Part shown: piece by piece, positions 15,801-27,800 of the stretch
Position numbering within the stretch: the stretch's first letter is position 1
How the letters are laid out: every line of letters begins with the position of its first letter
Assembly (NCBI RefSeq): GCF_018977255.1
Contig: NW_024704743.1
Span: 113,090,001 to 113,154,000, forward strand
DNA: 64,000 nucleotides
Origin: Callorhinchus milii
Taxonomy: Eukaryota
Direction of reading: 5' to 3'
Notes under the pieces: model-generated
What the model saw: the letters and a program-made list of their open reading frames with translations, nothing else
What the model was told of the DNA's origin: nothing
The model's database searches: none
Position numbers and translations under genes: made by a program

Positions 15801-18800
15801 AAGATTCTCAGTCACTCTTAATTTGGAAAGTGTTTTTCTCCTTTTTTAAAAAGAAACTGACTTACTCAGTTTTCACTTCTAGAAACAAGAAGGTGAGACA
15901 CCCTACTTGTAGGATATCTGCCTTTCGAGTGAAAAGTGTACTGTTACGCCATAAGGGAGGCAACTCCTGATTCTGCACCCCCCCACCCGGCACACCCACT
16001 TCCCTTCTCCTCCCTCCTAGAAATTACTCTGGTCCCATCAATACTTCAGTGTGGAATAATCCTTGAGGTGGAACTCAAACTTTGGAACAGAATCTGTTCC
16101 AATTCACAAGATAGGTTTGGATAAAGAAGACTCTTTGATTTTTTTCTCATCTTTCCAAAATAGCAGAACTACTGTTCTTTCATTACAGTACTGACCTGTT
16201 CAGTGTTTCATCTTCAACAACCCTTGAGAGTTCAGTTATTTCTCTTTGACAAGTTAAAACAAAAAAATGTTTTAAACATGTCCTTAAATAAATATTCAGT
16301 TAAAACATAGCATTGGTTCACCAGCTATTCTGAAATGAATCTCTCTTTCCCTCCACAACACATTCCCAACGTCTTGGCACAACCTCTAAATCACTCAAGT
16401 GGTTCAAATTGTTATGTAGACCTCAAGAATATTTGGCCAGGAATCTATCACAAGAACAATTGCATTAGTCTCACTGACTGCTCAGATTTAACAGACTCGA
16501 CATTTGAAGCAAAGGTTGGCACAAGCACTGCAGCATAAATTCTGGGTCACATTTCTCCATATCGTTACTTCACTCACACCATAGGCTCAATGGTGGCAGC
16601 GCAACACCACCAACACAAAATTGCATTTACATAACGCCTTTCATGTCAGGAGGATGTCCCAAGGCGTCGGACAGGCAAGGGTTTGCATCCAAGCTGGGGG
16701 TTGGAATCAAGCGGCAGGCATTGGGGAGGCTGGGGGGAAGGATGACCGAAGGCACGATCAAAGAGGAAGGTCTTGAAATGGGCTTTGAAAGAGACAAGGG
16801 AGTGGTGAAGCAAAGGAACTCTGGGATGGAATTCCAGAGAGTGGGGGCAGAAAGGTTAAAGGCCTCACTGCCAATGGTGGGATGGGCAGGGGATATTGAA
16901 CAGGCCAGTATCCGCTAAGCGGAGGCAGTAGGCAGGTTGGTAAGGTTTTAGTAGGTCGCAAAGGTGGGGGGAGCAAGACCATGGAGGGCTTTAAAAGTGA
17001 GGATGAGGATCTTAAACTCAATCTTCTGGGGAATGGGGAGACAGTAGAACCAGGTGAGGATGGGGGTGATAGACTCATGTGAGAGAGGACATAAGCTACA
17101 GACTTCTGGATAATCTGCAACTTATGGAAGGAAGAATTGAGAAGTCTGGCGAGCTGTGAGTTGGTATAGTCAAGCCCGGGCGTGATGAAAGCATGGATGA
17201 GGGCCTCGGCATCTTGACACTACATCAGGCGTTACATCCACTCGGGGCGAGCAATCAGGTCAGAGCGGAGGCGGAGCCTGGGCCTAGCGATCAGCATAAA
17301 AGGAGCGGCGGAAGTAAGCACTCGGTCACTCGGGGTGAGCAATCAGGTTAGAGCGGAGCATAAAAGGGGTGGCGGAGGTAAGCGAGCGCCGAAAAAAAGA
17401 AAAAGTGACGTAGGTTGACGTAATTTTTTCAACTGCAGAACCAGGGACAAACATCGACAAACTGTCAGAAACCACAACACTGACAGCAAATTAAAACAAA
17501 ACAAAAAAATATATAGAAAACACTGTGTGAAAAGATGATGTGGCAAGTTAAATGTGAGGTCTGTGACATGTGGGAGATAATGGAGGGCGCCCTGAGCCCG
17601 GGTGACTTCATCTGCAGCAAGTGTCTGCAACTCAGGAAGCTCCAGCTGAGAGTAGCTGAGCTGGAAGCCGAGGTGCAGACACTGTGCTTCATCAGGGACA
17701 GTGAGAGGTTCTTGGACAGTATGTTGGAGGAAACCATCACTCCCCTGAGGCTCGGGAGATACTTGCATCCAGTTAATGCTCAGTGACAGGGTGTTTTCAT
17801 CAGTGCTGCAGATAATGGGACCCCTGAGAGAGGGGTGATCGAGCCTTGGAATTCAAACTTGATCAACGGATGTGAGTATTTGATGGACCAGACACCTCAA
17901 GAGGTGGTCACCCCACCCCACACACCGAGGGTTCAGACAGAAAATGACTGGGTAACTGTGCAGCATGATAGGAAGAGGGGACAGGCTAGGCAGAATGCCC
18001 CCAATAATGTAGCACTCTCAAACCAGTACACTGTACTGAACATTGAGAGTGTGGATATCTCCAGGGAGGACAGTAAAAACCAACGGGTGGAACAGGGTGA
18101 CATAGGTAACAGGAGTAATGCTGTTGTCATTGGGAATACAACAGTGAGAGGTATAGACCGACGTTTTTGTAACAGAAGACGGGAGTCAAGGATGGTATGT
18201 TGCCTCCCTGGTGTAACAGTCTTAGATATCGCAGAAAGGGTGGATAAAATTCTTCAGGGGGAAGGAGAACATCCAGAAGTGGTGGTCCAGGTGGGGATCC
18301 ATGATATTGGTAAAAAAAGGGCTGAGACTCTACAGGGTCAATATCAAAAGCTGGGGAAGATACTAAAGAATCGAACATCCAAGGTGGCGATCTCTGGATT
18401 GCTCCGTGCCTCAGGCAAATAAGTACCAGAATGGCAGGATCAAGCCAATGAATGCTTGGCTGGAGAAATGATCCAGAAAGGAGGGCTTCAAGTTTCTGGA
18501 TCATTGGGACCATTGCTGGGGCAGATGGGACCTGTATCATATGGATGGGTTGCACCTAAACAGGGCTGGGGCGGATGTGCTTGCAGACAGGCTATCTAAT
18601 GCTGTTGAGGAGGGTTTAAACTAGTTTTGAGGGGGGAAGGGAATGCAAAAAACGAAGAACTAGAAAATGGAGAAATAAAACAGGGGGGGAAGTGCAGAAC
18701 AGGTCAAGTCGTTCTTGGAGTGCATGTGCCTAAATGCACGGAATTTAGCAAACAAGATTGGTGAGCTGCAGGCTCAAGTGGTCATAGGGGGATACGATGT

Positions 18801-21800
18801 AGTAGCAGTAACAGAGAATTGGCTCAAGCAAGGACAGGAATGGGAGCTGAATATTCCTGGCTATAATGTATTCAGGAGAGATAGGGAAGGAAAAAAAAGG
18901 AGGGGTGTGGCAATGTTAGTCAAGATACGGTTATAGCCGTGGAAAGGGTCGAGGTGCTGGAGGGCCCCAAAACGGAATCTATCTGGTTAGAGTTAAGGAA
19001 CAAAAAAGGAGCTGTTACGCTGGTAGGGGTATACTATAGACCACCAAATAGTGGGAAGGAAATAGATGAGCAGATCTGCAAGCAGATCTCAGACAGATGC
19101 AAGGCCAATAGAGTCGTGATAATGGGGGACTTTAATTATCCCAACATAGACTGGCAAAACAACAGCGCAAAGGGCAAGGAGGGGGAAATATTCCTAAAAT
19201 GCATACAGGACAACTTTCTTGATCAGTACGTTTCCAGCCCAACAAGGAAGGAAGCAGTGCTAGATCTAGTTCTGGGGAATGAAGTAGGACAAGTGGAGCA
19301 AGTTTCAGTGGGAGAGCATCTGGGTAATAGTGATCATAACATCATTAGATTTAAAGTGCATATGGAAAGAGACAAGGAACCATCTAAGGTAAAGATATTC
19401 AACTGGAAGAGGGCAAATTTCAGTGAGTTAAAAAGGGACCTAGCCAAGGTGGACTGGAAAGAAAGATTGGCAGGTAAAACAACTAAAGAGCAGTGGGAAG
19501 TCTTCAAGGATGAGATAGCTCGGGGACAAAATAAATACATTCCCACAAAAGGGAAAAGTAGGGCTTCCAAACCTCCGTGGATGACGAAGGTAATTGTATC
19601 TAAAATGAAGCAGAAAAAGGAGGCGTATGACAAATGTCAAACCCAAGATACAGAAGACAACCAAATCGAATATAGGAAGTGCAGAAGAGGTTTGAAAAAG
19701 GAAATAAGAGGGGCAAAAAGATTATACGAAAAAAGGTTAGCGGGTAACATTAAAGGGAATTCTAAAATATTTTACAAACATATCAAGGAAAAAAAGCTAG
19801 TCAAAGGTAGGGTGGGGCCAATTAAGGACCAAGGGGGAAATCTTATTGTGGAGGCAGAGGGCATGGCTGATGTGCTGAATGAGTACTTTGCATCTGTCTT
19901 CACAAAAGAAGTGGATGCACCAAATGCCGCAGTATTGGAGGAGAGGGTAGAGGAAATGGATAGGATAAGTATAAACAAAGAGGAAGTACTGAAAAGGTTG
20001 ACTGTGCTGAAGGTAGATAAGTCGCCTGGTCCGGACGGAATGCACTCAAGGGTACTATGAGAGGCACGAGTATAAATAGCGGAGGTCTTTGGCTACAATT
20101 TTTCAATCTTCGTTGGACACAGGAGTGGTGCCAGAGGACTGGAGAGTGGCTAATGTTACTCCCCTGTACAAAAAGGGACAGAAGGACAAACCTGGGAACT
20201 ACAGGCCAGTCAGCCTAACATCAGTAGTGGGGAAACTCCTGGAGACTATAATCCGGGACAGAATAAATCTTCACTTAGAAGAATATGGGTTAATTAGGGA
20301 CAGCCAGCACGGATTTGTTAAAGGCAAATCTTGTCTAACAAATCTAATAGAATTTTTCGATGAGGTAACGGAGAGGGTGGATAAAGGTAGTGCAGTTGAT
20401 GTAGTTTATATGGACTTTCAAAAGGCATTTGACAAAGTGCCACATGAAAGACTTGTAAGAAAGATAGAAGCCCATGGTATAAAAGGGAGAGTGGCAGCAT
20501 GGATCCAGAACTGGTTGGAAGACAGAAAGCAGAGAGTTGTGGTGAACGGCTGCTTTTCTGACTGGAGGGAAGTGTACAGTGGCGTCCCCCAGGGATCGGT
20601 ATTAGGACCACTGCTCTTCTTAATATACATGAACGTTCTGGACTTGGATATAGCAAGCAGCATTTCCAAGTTTGCGGACGACACAAAGTTAGGTAGGGTG
20701 GTAAACAGTGAGAAGGATAGTAGCCAACTGCAGGAAGACATAGACAGAATGGTAAAATGGGCAGACACATGGCAGATGAGTTTCAATGTAGAGAAATGCG
20801 AAGTAATGCATTTTGGTAGAAAGAATGAGGGGAGGCAATATAGGCTGGTAATACAATCTTAAGGGGGGGGTAAAAGAACAGAGAGACCTGGGGTGCAGGT
20901 AAATGAATCCTTGAAGGTGGCAGGACAGGTAGATAAAGCTGTAAAAAGGGCAAATGGGATTCTAGGCTTTATAAATAGGGGCATAGAGTACAAGAGTCAG
21001 GAGGTTATGATTAACCTATATAAAACACTGGTTAGGCCTCAGTTAGAATACTGCGCCCAGTTTTGGGCACCACACAAAAGGAAGGATGTTAAGGTATTGG
21101 AAAGGGTGCAGAGGAGATTTACGAGGATGGTACCAGGAATGAGGGACCTTGATTATAAGGAAAGCTAGAGAGGCTGGGATTATTCTCATTGGAGCAGAGA
21201 AGGTTACGAGGAGACCTAATAGAGGTCTTCAAAATCATGAGGGGATTTGATAGGTTGGAAAGGGAAAAACTGTTTCCACTGGTGGGTGTGTTGGTGACTC
21301 GAGGTCATAGATTCAAAATAGTCTCTAAAAGAAGCAGAGGGGAGGCGAGAAGAAATTTTTCACGCAGCGAGTTGTTCGAATCTGGAACGCATTGCCTGAA
21401 AGGGTGGTCGAGGCCGATTCGATAACTACTTTTAAAAACACGGTGGACGGGTATTTGAGGAGGACGGGTTTGCAGGGTTATGGGGAAAGGGCTGGGGAGT
21501 GGGAGTGACATTAATTGCTCTATTCAAAGAGCCGGCACAGACTCGATGGGCCGAATGGCTTCTTTTTGTGCTGTACAATTCTATGATTCTATGATCAAAT
21601 GCAAGAATTATAACTTCTGAGGCAACTGCTTCATGTGTTAATTCCATAGAAGCATGCTCAAATTTTATTAATTTGTTTTTCATGTGTATTGTGAATACAA
21701 TTTTTTAAAAAAAAGAAATATGAAAGTAACATACCTGTATAGGAATTGAAACAATGTAGAATCCCAAAAATGCAGCCATCATGATTTGTAACGAGTCTAT

Positions 21801-24800
21801 TGACATGTAATTCATAATTTGACCCACTGTGAGAAGACCTCCACTGAACACCCATACAGGCAGCAATAGAGCCTTTTTGTAAATCATTGACTGAAGAAAG
21901 AGCACACAAAAAAAATGGACATGATTGGGGACATTATTAAGTACGTAGATCAGCTGTAAACATGCATGCCAAATTTATTATAGTTATTTCAAGTTATAGC
22001 AATTTCTTTAAAGCGAATCCTGTTTTACTGTATTTTGTGTTAAAACTGTTGTGCTGTGAGGACTAGATAGACTCGTCAGACCACCCTAGTTAATGAGGGA
22101 ACAGGTCTTTCTGCCTATAATTTCTGATGTGAAAAAGTCACAATTGTGAGTGTGCCAGCAAAGGGGACACCTGACCAAGTGGGAGACACTTCGCCACAGG
22201 GGAGGGAAAGAAAGAAAATTTTCAAACAAATAGGGGACAAGTCACACAAGCTGCTTCTGTACAAATGCTGGCAGCTGGTAACATAACTTAAATGAGGACG
22301 ACTGTCTTCCAGTAAAATTAGAATATGTTTAAAATATTATTGATGAACCTGGACTGAACAGTATTCTTGTTGAATTTTAAAAGTTTAATTTATTTCTGAT
22401 ATGCAGGCTTGTCAATCCTCTCATTCATGTTTAACTCCACATTGGTCCCACACTACCGCCCACCCAAATTGTGTAAACAGCCCATATGACTGGTTATCAC
22501 CTATCATCCTGCTTAGTGGAATTTGAGCCCAGAGTCCTCAACTTTAACACCAGCATCCTCCAAATAGTGATAAATATATTTTAGTGTTTAAAATAAACAA
22601 ATCAGTCATAAGAGGTATGGAATTCCATCTCAATGGAATGGAAGCCTTGTAAGCCCAGCAATGTTACCTGCCCACCCGGGAGTGGGGTCACAAAGCCAGT
22701 TGACATTCATTGCCCACATGCAAGTGAGGACACTGTAAGCCTGTAGACATTTTGTCAGTAAATAGCAAATATTCATCCATATTCAGTCCATTAGATACTT
22801 AAAGGTGGTCTCACCTGCAGAGATGCTCTTATATGCATTCCCTCCCGGATAACAATGTAATACGACAGCTGTAAGCAAATGTTCTGAAGGAGCATTGTGG
22901 ACAGCATCAAGAACGTCAAGATGTAGCCATTACTGATGAATTCCCATACACTCACAAAATATGATCCCTGTGCAGAGAACGGAAGACAATAAAGATCTAA
23001 AACACGAGCAAAGTCCTGCTTGGAGCAGAGCTGGCAATCATAAAGCCTTCCTCATAAGCAGAACATGGAGGGCCAGATCAGTCCTGGGAGCAGGGGTTTT
23101 TTCCCACTGAGTAGGCCAAACTCATAATGATTATGGTGGTCTTGGCTGGACAAGCAACAGAAAGTTTGCTGGTCAATAATCTCAATGACAAAATATGGGG
23201 TTTTAGCGACAAACTCCAGCAGTAACCCAACATACACTCAAGCATACAACCCAAGCCTTGGCTCTTGCCAGTCTGCACCTAATTCTTTCAAGAATTAGGT
23301 AAGCAGGTTGTTTCCCCATTCTCCAGAAAGAGTACACATTCCATTTCAGAGCAAAGCATACAAGCAAAGTTCCATGTCTAGGCTGCAAACATAGGTGAAT
23401 CTCTCAGATTGGTTTGGGTATTTTGAAGCGTGGTGACTGGTTTCCACACGTGTCAGACACCTAGTCCTTTTGCAGAGTTTTCAGGCAGAGCAGCAGTCGA
23501 GCACGACAAATGGCTTAGAGATTCCTGGACGGAGGGGAGGCAGAATGGGAAATTTAAGCTCAAGGATCCTGCTTCTCAACACTATCCAATGACCTGGTTG
23601 CATTTGTAAGCAAAGAATCCAGAGGGAATCAGACTTTGCTGTGATATCCCCAAATTCTGCAAGAACTCACGTGAGGAAGAGCAACTTGGTTAAGAGAGCT
23701 GCCTGTGCTCAAGGAACTGTACTTAGTAATAGTCAAAGCTTTTCTGGGAGAGGTGGGAACAGAGAAACAAGTCATAAATCACAAGCACCAAAACATCTGT
23801 AAATCAAGCAATCAGCAGTGAAATATTCTGATCATAATGGAATTAGTCCTGAATACCCCCCCAAAATTCATTTTAGTATTAGACTTAAGATGATTTTTCA
23901 TTTGGTCTTGAAATTTATAATCATGCAGCACTGTGGAAAATTCTTAAATTCAATCTCAATTTGGAATTAATTCTTTTTAAGAAATTAAAAAAATACTTCC
24001 AAATTGAAATGAATTTTCCACCAAAATTCTGCGCAATCTTAAATTATAAGACAAAATACAAGGCCAAGATTAGGTGGAATTTAAGGTTTCTGAGACTTAC
24101 AAACTATCTCCAAACCTCTGTACTTGAAAGTCGTCTGATAACGCAAGCATTAATTAATATGCAAGAAGACTCAGTCAATACCAGCTCAGAATAATCTACA
24201 AAAACCCTTACCTTCTCTGAATACTTAAAGTCATCAGCCACAAATCTCAGAATACCATCAATGCAGAGTGGTGCAATTAATCCTGCCAGATCACCTATAA
24301 TCTTCAAGACTGCTCCAATCAGGAAAGGCTTGCCGAATGCCTTGAAATAAACTTTTCCCAGATCACCAGACTTCATTCTTTCTGGGGATATAGTTTCCTG
24401 AAATTCACAATGCCAAAAGATGCAAAGTACTGGAAAGAAATTAAAGCACTGACACACATACACACAATTGTTCAATGTCTCATGGACTACAGACCAATAA
24501 TTATGTAAATATTCCTTACCATTTGCTTATCATAAGATCTCTTGAATACTTGAAAATTAGTAAGGCCCATTTCTTGCTAAAAAGAAAAACATAAATTTAC
24601 AACTCATTAAGTTGTTTAAGGTTACTGTTTACAGATTTTTTTTAAAAAAACTTTACAAAAATGTAACTAAATCCACAGGGAATGTTTGAGCAACTCCTGA
24701 AAAAGTAAGTAAATTAGGTTTAAGTTTATCAAGCTTGCAGTTAATCAACAAAATATGTAGATTTCCACCTCTGTCATTCATTTCCTCTTCTGCTGTCACT

Positions 24801-27800
24801 TGTAATGTAATTACTATCTTCGATTTAATCTATGCCTTCTGATTATTTTTTCATCAAGATGCTAATTTTAATCCTTCTTTCATCCTTTTAGACATAAAAT
24901 ACTTAGTACAATTGCAACAACTTGCATTTATATCACATGGGGTAGCACCTTGGAGTGTTTTAATATAAAACATTTACCTCAAAAAGAAAAATAAACACAA
25001 CAGTGGGACAAAACATTCAGCCCAATTTTTTTTTACAGTGTTTGCTCCAAGAAGCTATCCATTCTAACCCCAATTCTCTCATACTCTTTCTCTGCATTTA
25101 GTTGTCCAATCTAATGCATTAAATGAAACAGCTGTGAAAACAGCTAATCTTAACTAATCTTTTAGAGTTTTTTTTAAGATGTATCTAGCCGGTTAGATAG
25201 GGGGGAACCAGTAGATGTAGTATATTTAGATTTTAAAAAGGCATTTGACAAAATGCCACACAAAAGGCTATTGCACAAGGTTAAGACCCACGGGATTAAT
25301 GGGAACATATTAGCATGGATTGAAGAGTGGCTAACGGGTAGAAAACAGAGAGTAGGGATAAACGGGTCATTCTCGAATTGGCAGGATGTGACTAGTGGAG
25401 TCCTGTAGCTCAGTGGTTTAGAGCACTCGCTTTGCAAGTGAGAGACCTGAGTTCAATTTCAGGCAGAGGGCGAAACCTTGGGCAAGTTTCCTTACTCCAC
25501 TCGCCTAATAATAATCCCTCCAAAAAAAAACAATAATTGGTCATTTTCAATCCATATGACTGTTTGTCGGACATTGCTGTGCGCAATTGGCTGCCGCATT
25601 CGCCCACAAACATACAGTCAATTCACTTTACAGTGTGTTCTGTGAAGTGCTTTAGGACGTCCTCCCGACGTGAAAAGCGCTCTATCAAATGCAAGGATTA
25701 TTATTGTTATTATTATTAGTGGAGTGCCACAAGGATCAGTGCTTGGGTCTCAGCTATTTACAATTTACATCAATGATCTAGACAAGGACATTGAATGTAA
25801 CATATTTAAATTCGCAGATGACACTAAACTAGGTGGGAGAGTAAGCTCTGAGGATGATGCAAAAAGATTGCAACGGGATATAGATAGGCTAGGGGAGGGG
25901 GCGAGTAGGTGGCAGATGGAATTTAATGTGGGGAAGTGTGAAGTTATTCACCTAGGTAGAAAAAATAGAAAAACAGATTATTTTCTAGAGGGGGAGAGAT
26001 TAGATAGTGTTAGTGTTCAGAGGGATTTGGGTGTCTTTGTACACGAGTCTCAAAAAGTTAGTTTACAGGTGCAGCAAGCAACTAAGAAGGCAAACGGCAT
26101 GTTAGCGTTCATTGCAAAAGGTTTAGAGTACAAGAGTAGGGAAGTCTTGCTGCAACTGTATAGGGCCTTGGTGAGACCGCACCTAGAGTATTGTGTGCAG
26201 TTTTGGTCTCCTTATTTAAAAAAGGACATACTTGCCCTAGAGGGGGTGCAGCGTAGATTCATTAGGTTAGTTCCTGGGATGAGGGGACTGACCTATGAGG
26301 ATAGTCTGAATAAACTAGGGCTATATTCTCTAGAGTATAGAAGAATTAGGGGAGATCTTATTGAAACATATAAGATTCTTAAAGGGCTGGATAAAGTAGA
26401 CCTGGCGGTCTGTTTCCCCTGGTAGGAGAATCTATAACCAGATGTCACAGTCTTAAAATTAAGGGTCAGCCTTTTAGAACAGAGTTGAGGAAAGATTTCT
26501 TCACTCTCGAGAGTAGTGAATTTATGGAATTGACTACCCCAGAAGGCTGTCGATGCTCAGTCCTTGAATATCCTCAAGGCTGAGACTGATAGATTTTTTA
26601 AAAATAGAGAGATTAGGGGATATAGGGATAGGGCAGGTAATTAGAGTTGGGTCTGAAGATCAGCCATGATCTTATCGAATGGCAGGGCAGGCTCGAGGGG
26701 CCAAATGGCCTACTCCTGCTCCTAATTCTTATGTTCTTATGTTTTTATGAAAAGCATCAGGTTTGCTTTGCTATGTGTAAATCGAATAAGATAGGCAAAA
26801 TTGACCAGAAAGCAAAATCTATACTAAGTTTTAAAACTAATAAATTATGTCAAACACTACTGGTGATTTCTTAGAAATATTAAGAAAAATAAACTTTTAT
26901 TAAAATATATTAAATTGCCCTGGAATTAGATACTTTACAAACGCCCCTTTGAACTCTTTTCTGAAAGGTTTGTAAACTGTAATTCTGCATCAGGTGTTTT
27001 CATCCCAAAATATTTGACATGAACATCAACTTGTATTAAAGTTTAAAATGGACAACACCCTTAACTGGAAACAACCTGAGAGAGTTTTCCAAGTGTCTCC
27101 ATTTGAATTGGGGTATGAGACCCTTCTTTTAACAGCCATGAAATCCACCTAGGAAACAAAAAGAACAGGAAAACATGAAGCACACAATGAAGAAATGTCA
27201 TTGAGCTTATTGATCTCGATCTTCCACAGACCATACATAAACTACTCTATTTTAAACTCTAAATTAGTCCTGCATATATATTCCATTCCCCAAAATATCA
27301 GACAAAATACTCAAAATACTGGCCTGTTCCCCAAGAGAAAAGGCTGGTTTTCCTCCAATGTAGCAATTTGTATTTCTTTACCTAATATCAAGTGATTGCC
27401 AATCGTGGTTATAACTGTCCAAAACCCAGGTACGACTTGATTTGATCTGAAGTAAAATTGTACTGCTAGATTTTTCTTGTTATGAAGTAATTTTAATTAC
27501 AAAAAAAAAGTTCTGTAGCCTGCAGAACAGCCACGCTTCATTAACCAAGCTAGACCTTGCTTCTTACACATACATTGTTCCATTTGTAATTTTCCCCTTC
27601 TGTTAACTGCAGTGATTGCTTTCACTACTGAAATGGTGTTGAACAAAATCACAATATGAAGCTAACTAATAGGAATCTTATTAGGGATAAAGTTGGCAAA
27701 TAGTCTGGAATTTGTAACAATTGATCAACAACAACAAGATTCCATTTATAAAGCGCCTTTCACATCAGGAGGACGTCCCAAGGCGCTGCACAGTTGCGTC

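Noticed and set aside
17535..21475. Active CR1 or domesticated RT gene
   Set aside because: Both ORFs are broken by multiple stops and frameshifts.
25395..25470. tRNA genes at SINE heads (also 55360-55432, 44095-44164)
   Set aside because: Each runs into a SINE body and tail and has no complete acceptor stem.
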